39,274 nucleotides of DNA from a virus (taxonomy: Duplodnaviria > Caudoviricetes). Position 1 is the stretch's first letter. The number at the start of each line of letters is the position of its first letter. Of this stretch, positions 1 through 8,154 are shown piece after piece. Below the pieces are notes generated by a model. It was given only the letters and a program-made list of their open reading frames with translations, searched no databases and was not told the DNA's origin. The stretch is taken from IMG/VR virus record IMGVR_UViG_3300030392_001562, positions 1 to 39,274 of that record; one strand, written 5' to 3'. Made by a program: the position numbers and the translations under genes.

Positions 1-81
1 TTTTTCAAGTGACTTGGCCTGCCGATATGCTCTCATATAGTGCTGGTGGCAGTACCAAGTCACTTGCCTGTAGTGCTTGTC
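1..81. repeat. Left copy of terminal overlap (circular or terminally redundant phage genome)
   Basis: 7-60 is identical to 39200-39253 (54 bp); 1-81 vs 39194-39274 matches at 72/81 positions. Confidence 0.92.
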
Positions 82-120
82 GGCCTGCTTACTGCATCCC
101 TTCTCTTCACATATGGTCAT
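1..120 (-). CDS. 5' part of the AAA ATPase gene, continuing across the join into 39229-38114; encodes a putative Zn-binding N-terminus
   Basis: ATG at 120-118 preceded by AAAGGGCGG; reads MTICEEKGCSKQADKHYRQVTWYCHQHY in frame into MRAYRQAKSL of the 38114..39229 ORF. Confidence 0.8.
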   Translation of the reverse strand, partial: MTICEEKGCSKQADKHYRQVTWYCHQHYMRAYRQAKSLEK

Positions 121-971
121 GTGGTCCGCCCTTTGTGAGGGTTCACTGCTATGGGCCTCGTTGGCCTCGACAAGAACTTACTATGTAATAGGTCCAAAAT
201 CAAGATGAATGGCCATATTCATTCATCTTGGCCACCATAGGTGAGCATAAGCCACTACAGGATAAGCATTTATAACTCTTTTGACATATGGCAAAAAAAT
301 ATGAAAAAAGGCCTTGACAGGATAGCAAGGCCTTGAATATGGACCCATATTCGACTAGTGCTAATTTGCACCCTATTTGGCGAAAAGTATGCCAATGAAG
401 CAAGGCAAAGGGCCATATGGTCTATGGCATACATATGATAGGGTCCTATCATATGCTTGGCTTGTGGTAGGCCATAGAGGCCTTGTGGTTACCCGTAACC
501 AAGGTGTGGTCCAGTAACGTAGGGATGATATCGGACCTTCCAGAAAAAGCCATATGGCCGCGCAGGGCCGCCATAGGCCGCATCCCTTGACCGCTCTGGC
601 GGCCTCTGGCCTCTGGTGTGGCGGCCTTATGGCAAGGGGAGTGCTATGTTAGTAACGCGAGGAACGAGCATAAGTAGTATTATGTAAACACAGTTACGCG
701 ATTCGCGTTACTGGGAAAAGGCTCCCCCGGCCTCCGATAAAAGGGATCGACATCCACACAATCAAGGGCGAAGTCCCACCTCCCGGATATATTTTGTCTT
801 ATTTTACTCGAATATGTATGCAGTAATCAAGCGAACTGGTTGTCCCTATCTGATTAAGGTCTTTACCTGGTTATATTCTATATCTTGGGGACAAGGTTTA
901 TAAGGCTTCTTTTAAAGATCAAGTAACACCACGTTACCACAGCTATCTATATACATGTAACCTAGCTACTA

Positions 972-1030
972 TATAACCATGGTTATACTATGGTTATCCC
1001 ATGGTTATACTATGGTTATACCATGGTTGT
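972..1030. repeat. Five tandem 11-bp repeats (iteron-like) with a 16-bp palindrome
   Basis: 976-1030: accatggttat, actatggttat, cccatggttat, actatggttat, accatggttgt; tataaccatggttata at 972-987 is a perfect palindrome; AT-rich non-coding context. Confidence 0.85.
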
Positions 1031-1092
1031 ACTGGTGGGCCGAATAATGGTCGCATTCGTGGAAAACGATCATTATACTGTGAAGATCTTGC

Positions 1093-1121
1093 TTGACACT
1101 GTGTCAATAAAGGCGTATTAT
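1093..1121 (+). promoter_or_regulatory. Sigma70-type promoter facing the late arm
   Basis: TTGACA (1093-1098) - 17 nt - TATTAT (1116-1121); the -35 lies in a dyad TTGACAC-T-GTGTCAA. Confidence 0.8.
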
Positions 1122-1127
1122 TTGTAT

Positions 1128-1296
1128 GGGTGCTCTGTCTGGTCAACAGATGCCCTAGAATGATGTCCATTCAGGTTGCGGGCATTGTTCTGGTTCGTTC
1201 TGCTACAAGCCCCGTGCGCGGGGTTGCTTTCCCTTGGTCTCTCAGGTAGGGGTATGAGTTCCTCCAACTCGTATCCCTCCTGAGAGACACTTTTTT
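1128..1296 (+). ncRNA. Structured leader or small RNA ahead of the late operon
   Basis: Consecutive hairpins at about 1128-1155, 1156-1192 (13 bp with G-U pairs), 1208-1225 and 1237-1288, between the promoter and a U-tract. Confidence 0.55.
1237..1296 (+). terminator. Intrinsic terminator or attenuator
   Basis: GTCTCTCAGG/CCTGAGAGAC (10 bp) plus a 13-bp upper stem and CCTCC loop, then ACTTTTTT. Confidence 0.7.
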
Positions 1297-1407
1297 ATGG
1301 AGTGGGGACAACGGGCCGGGCCTTACGGGCAAACACGCACGGGGGATAAGAACCGAGGGAACTCAAGCACGGCACCCCGGCTCCCCATATTAAAAGAGGA
1401 ATTGGCG

Positions 1408-1761
1408 ATGTTTGAATACCGGGCAGAGATGGTGAGGATCGTGGACGGTGACACGCTGGACGCGGTCATAGATCTGGGATTTGATGTTCACATCTATAAA
1501 CGTATCAGACTCCATGGGGTAAACACACCAGAGAGCAGGACAAGGGACCTGGAGGAGAAGAAACGTGGTAAGGCGGCAACGCAGTATGTAGAGGACTGGT
1601 TTTCTGAAAACTGTGATAGAGGTGTTCAGTTTAAGCTCTTGTCCAAGGAATTGGGCAAGTTCGGTCGCGTATTGGGAATTGTGAAGACTGATTGTAGAAT
1701 TCTCAATGAGGATTTAGTGAGAGATGGACACGCCGTAGAATACTTTGGAGGCAAACGGTGA
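1408..1761 (+). CDS. Thermonuclease (SNase-like) family protein
   Basis: MFEYRAEMVRIVDGDTLD..IDLGF..RIRLHGVNTPESRT..GKFGRVLG..LNEDLVRDGHA motifs; start chosen at ATG 1408 after AAAGAGGA. Confidence 0.88.
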   Translation: MFEYRAEMVRIVDGDTLDAVIDLGFDVHIYKRIRLHGVNTPESRTRDLEEKKRGKAATQYVEDWFSENCDRGVQFKLLSKELGKFGRVLGIVKTDCRILNEDLVRDGHAVEYFGGKR

Positions 1762-2471
1762 AGGCTCACCAGAGACTGATCCGGGAACAGATCTCGGATG
1801 CTCCGCCGCTGGATCTGTTTGGAGAGTGGTGGGGGGATCTCAATCTGTCTTTGCAGGACACGGAAATACGGGAGATAGATCGGCCTACGGCAGAAAAGAT
1901 TATTCTCGAATATGAGTGGCTGGGGACGATGCCGCCATTTATAAATAAGATGTTTGGGATATTTTTTGATGGGCATTGCGGTGGTGCGCTGGTGTTTTCG
2001 CAGAGGACAGAGAGTAATCTGGATAACGCAAAACTCTCGGTCATACCGGAAGACGCCTTGTATCTTTCCAGGGGTGCATGTGTTCACTGGACGCCGCAGA
2101 ACACGGCGTCATTTTTTATCGCTTCAGTTTGTCAGTCTCTGGGGAATGTGTCGGTGTTGGCGTATGCCGATATTACAGCGGGAGAGATTGGTCAAATATA
2201 TCAAGCACTGAATTGGTATTGTTTTAAGTCTGATAAATCCGATGCAACTGGATATATTATTGATGGAAAATCAATATCAACGAGGACTTTAAAGTCCAGA
2301 TTTGGTACGCAGGACAGGCAGTTTATCCAGAGTATGTATCCAGAAAAGGAATTGATTCCTGTCCCCCGCAAACTGAAGTATGTTGGCGTTTATGGTAATC
2401 GCAGATGGAGGCGTCAGATGCATACACGTCTCAAGCCACACTCTATCCCGTATCCAAAGAGAATAGTATGA
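1758..2471 (+). CDS. Mom-like (GNAT-fold) DNA-modification protein
   Basis: IREIDRPTAEKII..YEWLG..FGIFFDG..GALVF..LSRG..PQNTASFFIA..LAYAD...GEIGQIYQALNW follows the Mu Mom family pattern. Confidence 0.75.
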   Translation: MKAHQRLIREQISDAPPLDLFGEWWGDLNLSLQDTEIREIDRPTAEKIILEYEWLGTMPPFINKMFGIFFDGHCGGALVFSQRTESNLDNAKLSVIPEDALYLSRGACVHWTPQNTASFFIASVCQSLGNVSVLAYADITAGEIGQIYQALNWYCFKSDKSDATGYIIDGKSISTRTLKSRFGTQDRQFIQSMYPEKELIPVPRKLKYVGVYGNRRWRRQMHTRLKPHSIPYPKRIV

Positions 2472-2662
2472 TAAGAGATGATGGAGTATATGAGACCATT
2501 CTTGAGATCGAAAAGGAAATTCAGTGGAGGATTGAGGTGGCGGAGTCTGAGTTATTAGATCTATGCAAGAGCATTGGGGCACTTAAGAAGGCTCTGGTTC
2601 TTGACAATCCACCAAAAAAGCATTGGCTTAAACGTCTGGCGCATTTTGTTGTGAGGTCCTAG
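2468..2662 (+). CDS. Small hypothetical protein (coiled coil)
   Basis: ATGA overlap with the Mom-like stop; 64 aa. Confidence 0.6.
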   Translation: MIRDDGVYETILEIEKEIQWRIEVAESELLDLCKSIGALKKALVLDNPPKKHWLKRLAHFVVRS

Positions 2663-2663
2663 T

Positions 2664-3056
2664 ATGGAAGGTCAAATACGAATTTATGTAATTAACGGGC
2701 CACACGAAGGCGACAAGGTGCCGCCTCTGAAGGATGAGGATCAACTTGCCAAATTTATGCGGTTACCGCTCAAGCGAAAGCCGGTTACGGGCCTGTTATC
2801 AGAGTTGGTGGATCTGAATGCTCAATATCATAATGGGAAGAAGTTGTTTAATCCCGTAGACGCAATGGAGATCAGACACCGACACGATGAAGAGATGCGC
2901 CGACAGGAGCGCTGTACTCACGCGGCCTACGAACTGGTCTCTTATGATGAGATCGATCAGGTGGCTCGTTATCGTTTTATGAAAGAATGTGAGGTGGATT
3001 GGAATCCTGGCATGTTTGATGCGGATGAGGGATATGAAGATGATTTCAATTTCTAA
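2664..3056 (+). CDS. Hypothetical protein upstream of terminase
   Basis: 130-aa ORF tightly packed in the operon; acidic C-terminus. Confidence 0.7.
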   Translation: MEGQIRIYVINGPHEGDKVPPLKDEDQLAKFMRLPLKRKPVTGLLSELVDLNAQYHNGKKLFNPVDAMEIRHRHDEEMRRQERCTHAAYELVSYDEIDQVARYRFMKECEVDWNPGMFDADEGYEDDFNF

Positions 3057-3071
3057 AGGGGACGGGATCAG

Positions 3072-4889
3072 GTGAATGTCCTAGAAGCGTTTGCTAAATA
3101 TCAGGCTCTTACGGTAACTGATCCTCCAGGGGCTGAGGATCTTATGAGGAGAGTTCCGGCCATTGGCGATGTTCTGGCGTCGCTTCCTCGTAATCCGATA
3201 CTTGGCTACGCGCCCTTTGATACTGATTCGGGTTTTATGCCTGATGGTAATCGCAAGAGTTCCCCGCTCAAGTTCCATATGGATTTATCCAAGATAAGAG
3301 TTGCCGTTACCGGTAACAGGTGCTCCAAGACATATTCAGGGGCGGCTGAGGCCATAGCTGCCTGTCTGGGCATCGATCCTGTTACCAAGATGCCGTCCGC
3401 GAGGTTCAGGCCGCCGTGTGATGTCTGGGTAGTGTCCGATACGGAAGACAGCTCACGCGAAATCTGCCAGAGGACTTACTATGATCTCATCCCTCAAGAT
3501 ATGCTGGCTGATGAAAGTCTTTATACTGCAAAGAATGGATGGAAGGGTAATTCTGTTCTTTTTTCCAATGGGTCGCACATTACTTTCCGATTTAGTTCTC
3601 AGGGTCGTGAAACATTTCAGGGAACTTATCGACACATCATCCACATGGACGAAGAGCAACCCAAAGATATTTATCAGGAATGTCTTGCTCGGACAACTCC
3701 GGTTGGGGGTCGCCCACGCGGAGAGATTATTATTACCTTTACGCCGATCTTTAATGAGAAAATAGGCATCTCTTGGGTTCACACTGATCTTTATGCGAGA
3801 AGGGCAGAGATTCCAGGTATCAACTTTCATTTCTGGGGTCTTCAGGATGTGCCGAATAGTATTATTCCGGCTGACGAAAAGAAGGTGATGATTGCGAGTT
3901 ATGAGGCGGATGAGCGCGAGGCCCGTATATACGGGATGTTCACTCCAATCGGGATACAGCTTGCGTTCCCGCGTACACTTATTGCACAACAACGGCGCAA
4001 CGAGAGAGAGCCTGAATTTATCGATCTCGAATATGAAGAGAAGAAGCGTATTATTCCGATTCGGGGTGTTAAGTATTTACCGGAGGGCGTGGCTCCGCCT
4101 ACGGCGGAAGAGACCTATAAGGCGATTATTGCCATACCACAGGAGCATGGCTTGCTCAGGGTATACGATAGACCGGTGGCGGGGCATAGATATGTTCTTG
4201 GCGCTGACCCTGCTCAGGGTTTGGCTGATGGAGACGACTCTTGTCTCCAGATCCTTGAGCGTGACACCCTGTCAGTTTGCGCGGAATACTTTGGAAAGCT
4301 GGAACCTGATGAATTTGGTGCCCTCATAGACATGGCTGGAAGGTGGTATAATTATGCCTATGTGGGCGTTGAGAATGTGGCTGATCTTACTCCGATATAT
4401 TATCTCAAAAATGAAGACTATCCCAACCTGCACTACCAATGCATCATCGATGGCAGGCCATACGACAAGACAACCGACAAGATTGGATGGAACACAAACA
4501 CAAAGACGCGCCGGATGCTTCGCAATGATGCTCTTATGGTTTTGCGTGATGGCTCTGCGAGCATCTGTTCCGGACCCTTGCTGGATCAAATGGAAGTGTT
4601 TGCTCGTAACAGGAGAGGTAGATGGGAAGCCATCGCCGGATCTCATGACGATCTTGTTTTTGCCTGGATGATCGCAATCCAGATGTTGCAGTGGGCTGAT
4701 GTTACTGATGATTTTCGTGAGGATGGTTATGTAGACCCGCTTACTGATGCGGAAGAGGAGCTAGATTTGTCCGAAGTTGATTTTTCGGACTCGCGTCTTC
4801 GCTCGCGTATTCCGGTCAAGGACAACGAAGAGCGTCTGGCGCGGAAGCTGAAACAGAAAGAGTTTTCCAATATAGGGGGGTTGGTTTAG
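3072..4889 (+). CDS. terL: Terminase large subunit
   Basis: Walker A-like GNRCSKT, Walker B IIHMDEE, ITFTP coupling motif, RNase H-type nuclease YVLGADPAQG..DDS..HDDLVFA. Confidence 0.95.
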   Translation: MNVLEAFAKYQALTVTDPPGAEDLMRRVPAIGDVLASLPRNPILGYAPFDTDSGFMPDGNRKSSPLKFHMDLSKIRVAVTGNRCSKTYSGAAEAIAACLGIDPVTKMPSARFRPPCDVWVVSDTEDSSREICQRTYYDLIPQDMLADESLYTAKNGWKGNSVLFSNGSHITFRFSSQGRETFQGTYRHIIHMDEEQPKDIYQECLARTTPVGGRPRGEIIITFTPIFNEKIGISWVHTDLYARRAEIPGINFHFWGLQDVPNSIIPADEKKVMIASYEADEREARIYGMFTPIGIQLAFPRTLIAQQRRNEREPEFIDLEYEEKKRIIPIRGVKYLPEGVAPPTAEETYKAIIAIPQEHGLLRVYDRPVAGHRYVLGADPAQGLADGDDSCLQILERDTLSVCAEYFGKLEPDEFGALIDMAGRWYNYAYVGVENVADLTPIYYLKNEDYPNLHYQCIIDGRPYDKTTDKIGWNTNTKTRRMLRNDALMVLRDGSASICSGPLLDQMEVFARNRRGRWEAIAGSHDDLVFAWMIAIQMLQWADVTDDFREDGYVDPLTDAEEELDLSEVDFSDSRLRSRIPVKDNEERLARKLKQKEFSNIGGLV

Positions 4890-4930
4890 GCCCTGAATCT
4901 GTCCATGGAACATGAGAGAGGGAGTGAGAG

Positions 4931-5230
4931 ATGGAATGGATGGTAATGGTAATGGTGGGACTTCAGTGGTTGGTAATTGGGTGGATGCTGGTGACGCATC
5001 GCATAGAAATCAAGCGGCTGACCGATGATTTGAAAGAGGCGTGGTCGGATATAGCGTATGCCGCGAACTCCAAGTTACCGGAGACGCGTTACCCGGATAC
5101 GCTAGAGGTCCCGCATCCGAATCGTCCAGGTGATGTTGAAACCATGCATCACAAGGGGCACGGTCTTTATGGGCCGCTGAATCAAGAAAAGTCGCTTTCC
5201 GGCGTTGAGGAAGTAGAAGGTTCGATGTGA
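4931..5230 (+). CDS. Small membrane-anchored protein
   Basis: Hydrophobic N-terminal ~22 aa; GGGAG RBS. Confidence 0.7.
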   Translation: MEWMVMVMVGLQWLVIGWMLVTHRIEIKRLTDDLKEAWSDIAYAANSKLPETRYPDTLEVPHPNRPGDVETMHHKGHGLYGPLNQEKSLSGVEEVEGSM

Positions 5231-5829
5231 CTGAAGATGATCTTGATGGTTTTCTGGATGCCGTGGGGGAAGAGTCCAGATTTACTCGACCTCGCTCGGA
5301 GGGTGCTCTCCCGCTGGACCCGCTCGATCAGCCAACAGAACAGCGCACATCCCAGAATCGGTTTCAGTCAGGCTTGAATCCGGATCATCAGTTGGGAGTT
5401 ATATTGGAGGGTCCTGATGGCAAGGAGCAATATTCTCCGGTCTATGAGCCAGATCCGGATGGGGACAAGAAAAGGTTTGAGTTACAGATTCGGCCCCTGG
5501 AGTCTTTTGGGGAGTCGGAGTTGATGCAGATAATGGATAACCCAGGTCTTATATCGTTATTTCTATGTAACTTACCTGAAGACGCCCCTCTGGCATTTCA
5601 GGTTGAATGTGAAGCTTTGAATGGTCATATCCTTATGATTGTTCAGGGTGGTCAGGCCTGGGAGGGGGACTCCGCGTGGTCTAAATTCTTCAAGAGTTAC
5701 ACCGGAGAACCTCTCTTTTCTCGTGGTGGAACCATCCGAGATTCCGATCAAGCCCCCCAAGAGTATAAGTTCTATAAAGACAGTGCCTTACGTGCAGTCA
5801 GGGCTATAACAAGATATTATACTCCTTGA
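5227..5829 (+). CDS. Hypothetical acidic protein
   Basis: 200-aa ORF with GTGA overlap with the previous gene. Confidence 0.7.
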   Translation: MTEDDLDGFLDAVGEESRFTRPRSEGALPLDPLDQPTEQRTSQNRFQSGLNPDHQLGVILEGPDGKEQYSPVYEPDPDGDKKRFELQIRPLESFGESELMQIMDNPGLISLFLCNLPEDAPLAFQVECEALNGHILMIVQGGQAWEGDSAWSKFFKSYTGEPLFSRGGTIRDSDQAPQEYKFYKDSALRAVRAITRYYTP

Positions 5830-5855
5830 CTTATTGGCACAAGATGTAGTATTAT
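5826..5855 (+). promoter_or_regulatory. Possible internal sigma70 promoter upstream of portal
   Basis: TTGACT - 18 nt - TATTAT at the start of a 134-bp intergenic gap. Confidence 0.45.
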
Positions 5856-5911
5856 TGCCAAGTAGTAGTGGGATTCCAGAACTGTCCCTTCTGGTGTCTT
5901 TCTATCTCTCG

Positions 5912-5945
5912 GCTCGGTTACGGGTCGAAAGGCCCGTTACCGGGC
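5912..5945 (+). other. GNRA-capped RNA hairpin just upstream of the portal RBS
   Basis: GCUCGGU-u-ACGGGUC-GAAA-GGCCCGU-u-ACCGGGC with two G-U pairs. Confidence 0.65.
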
Positions 5946-5963
5946 TTACTTGGAGTAATACAC

Positions 5964-8141
5964 ATGGCAAAAGATCGCATCAAGGGTCATCAGGGATTTG
6001 CATCGGGCAATCCATTTGCGTCCATGAAGGCTCCGCCTCTGACCAAACGAGGAGATCCCGGTTGGAAAGAGAATGTTGCGTTTGTTACCTCCATGTGGGA
6101 GCATCTGAAGGATACGAAACGTGGCCACGAGAAGAAGTGGCGTGAGATCTTACTATTTATAGCCGATGAACATTGGCTTGAATGGGATGATGCTACCAGT
6201 TCCTACCAGAACGCAATCGTTCAAGATTGGGTTCCTCGTCCCCAGACCAACTATATCGCAAAGACGTTTGACCGGCTGATAGATATCTTTACGTCTCAGG
6301 ATTTAACAGCGAAGGGTCGTCCGTTCTCTGACGATCAGGATGATATCGATGCCGCTGCCCGTTCTACGGAAATTCTGGCATATGAGAACTCCGAGGTCCG
6401 ATTGGATACGAAGGAGACTCATGCTTCCGGAGCGGGTTTTTTGATTGCGACGGGCAATGTAATCCTGAAGGCCTTGCTCGATCCTGGGGCTGCGACAGAA
6501 AGGCGTCCTGTTTTTGAGGTTCAGGATGGGGGGCCGGTAGAGATAACGAATCCGGACGGGTCTGTTACTGCGGTAACAAATATGGATGGTAGTATACTCC
6601 GGCAGTTACGTAAGGCCGAGAAGAGAAACGAGCAGACCGGTGAGATAGAGATGGAAGATGTCGAGGTTGGCAAGGTGTGGGAAAAAGCGATTTCCCCACT
6701 TAATTGGTACCCAGAGCTTGTGGATAATCCGGATGCGGTTACTTATGGGATCGAAGTAGAGGTTTTGACTATCGCTCAGGCGATTAATATGTTTGGCAAG
6801 GAGGCAACGGAGGGTCTTGTTGCAGAAGATATCAGTGTTTACGGGTTTGGTAACTTTCTTAGCTCCAAACTACAGCCACTCTATGAAAAGAATGAGACCG
6901 AGTATGTTCTTCTTAAAACGTTCAGGGCGGAACCGTCTTTTGACTATTTTCCCGAAGGCCGGACGGTTATGGTTATTGGCGACAAAGCCGTACACGTTGG
7001 GCCTCTGGAGGAATATCTGGAAGGGAAACTGCCTTATCGTCATGTTCGGTATCGTGTGCTTCCTGGTGAGTTCTGGGGCTTATCTCCGATGCAGCCAGCG
7101 ATTCCACTGCAAAAGCGACTCAATGCTATAGACTCAGCCATTGTGGCTAATCGCAAGCAGAACATTAACCCCCAATGGATTGAGCCAAAAGGGGCAGATA
7201 TTGGGCAAATTGATGGCAGAATGGGTGCGCGGGTTATCTGGGATTGGAGGAAGTCTGGAGGCCATGCTCCGATGCCCAAGCCTTCTGTTGGACTCGATGC
7301 CTCTATTGTCCAAGAACGTGAATTTGTTATTCGTGATCTTGAATCTCTTATTGGCACAACTGAAATTCTTACTGGTAATCAACCCTCTGGGGTGGACACA
7401 TTTGGGCAGACCCAGATACTTGCCGAGCAGGCACTGCGAAGGTTTAATCCTCAAGTTCAACGCTGGAAGCGTGGTCTTGCGGCACATGAGCGCAGAAAAT
7501 TGCTCATTATCAAAAATACCTATACACTCGAACGCCTGGTAAATATAGTCGGTGAAAATGAAGAGTCTGAGCTGCGGACGTTCAAGGGGGCCGATATCGG
7601 TAACACCAGGGATGTTGTTATTGATATGGCTGGCGGGGTTGTGGTCAGTGATGCGTTTGAGAAACAGAAAATCTTTCAGATTCTCCCTACTGGACTTCTT
7701 AATCTTCAAGATCCGCATATTGCGAACAAGGTTTTGGATATTCTGGAGGTACCTGGGTTTGTAAATCAGTTTTCTCTCGATGCGAAACGTGCGCGTCGGT
7801 TATTGAAGGGTATACGGGAAAAGAGTTTGACGGTTGGAGATCCGTTTAATTTAGATCCTGACACTGTAACTGCTCGTGGTAACGATAATCACCAGATCTA
7901 TTTTCAAATTTACAGCGACTTTACCAAGACGGCTGAATTTGATGATCTTGAACCCGAAATACAGGAGCAGATCGGATTTTTGATGTCACAGCATCAGCAG
8001 GCACTCGAAGCTGCCAAGATGCAGGCCGTAGCAGCAGTTCAAAATACGCGTGGCTCCGGGCCTCAGTCCGAAGGTGCGTTGGCTAATATTGATGCCGTAT
8101 CCGCATCGGGTCAGGCACAAGAGTTAGCCCCAACAGGGTAA
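5964..8141 (+). CDS. Portal protein (P22-like size and layout)
   Basis: 725 aa from ATG 5964 after GGAG; PGEFWGLSPM..IPLQKRLN..NPQWI motifs typical of portals; position between terL and scaffold/capsid. Confidence 0.88.
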   Translation: MAKDRIKGHQGFASGNPFASMKAPPLTKRGDPGWKENVAFVTSMWEHLKDTKRGHEKKWREILLFIADEHWLEWDDATSSYQNAIVQDWVPRPQTNYIAKTFDRLIDIFTSQDLTAKGRPFSDDQDDIDAAARSTEILAYENSEVRLDTKETHASGAGFLIATGNVILKALLDPGAATERRPVFEVQDGGPVEITNPDGSVTAVTNMDGSILRQLRKAEKRNEQTGEIEMEDVEVGKVWEKAISPLNWYPELVDNPDAVTYGIEVEVLTIAQAINMFGKEATEGLVAEDISVYGFGNFLSSKLQPLYEKNETEYVLLKTFRAEPSFDYFPEGRTVMVIGDKAVHVGPLEEYLEGKLPYRHVRYRVLPGEFWGLSPMQPAIPLQKRLNAIDSAIVANRKQNINPQWIEPKGADIGQIDGRMGARVIWDWRKSGGHAPMPKPSVGLDASIVQEREFVIRDLESLIGTTEILTGNQPSGVDTFGQTQILAEQALRRFNPQVQRWKRGLAAHERRKLLIIKNTYTLERLVNIVGENEESELRTFKGADIGNTRDVVIDMAGGVVVSDAFEKQKIFQILPTGLLNLQDPHIANKVLDILEVPGFVNQFSLDAKRARRLLKGIREKSLTVGDPFNLDPDTVTARGNDNHQIYFQIYSDFTKTAEFDDLEPEIQEQIGFLMSQHQQALEAAKMQAVAAVQNTRGSGPQSEGALANIDAVSASGQAQELAPTG

Positions 8142-8154
8142 GGAGAGATAGGAT

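Noticed and set aside
1-81. Terminal near-repeat as a DGR template/variable repeat pair
   Set aside because: Mismatches are not adenine-specific on either strand and no reverse transcriptase is encoded
200-452. Two short - strand ORFs in the control region
   Set aside because: No convincing RBS or motif; the region is dominated by palindromes and A-tracts
972-1030. Short repeats as a CRISPR mini-array
   Set aside because: Units are contiguous 11-mers with no spacers; no cas genes
1330-1343. GGCAAAC and CACGCAC words reminiscent of a c-di-GMP-I riboswitch
   Set aside because: Order is reversed and the tetraloop/receptor two-stem layout is absent
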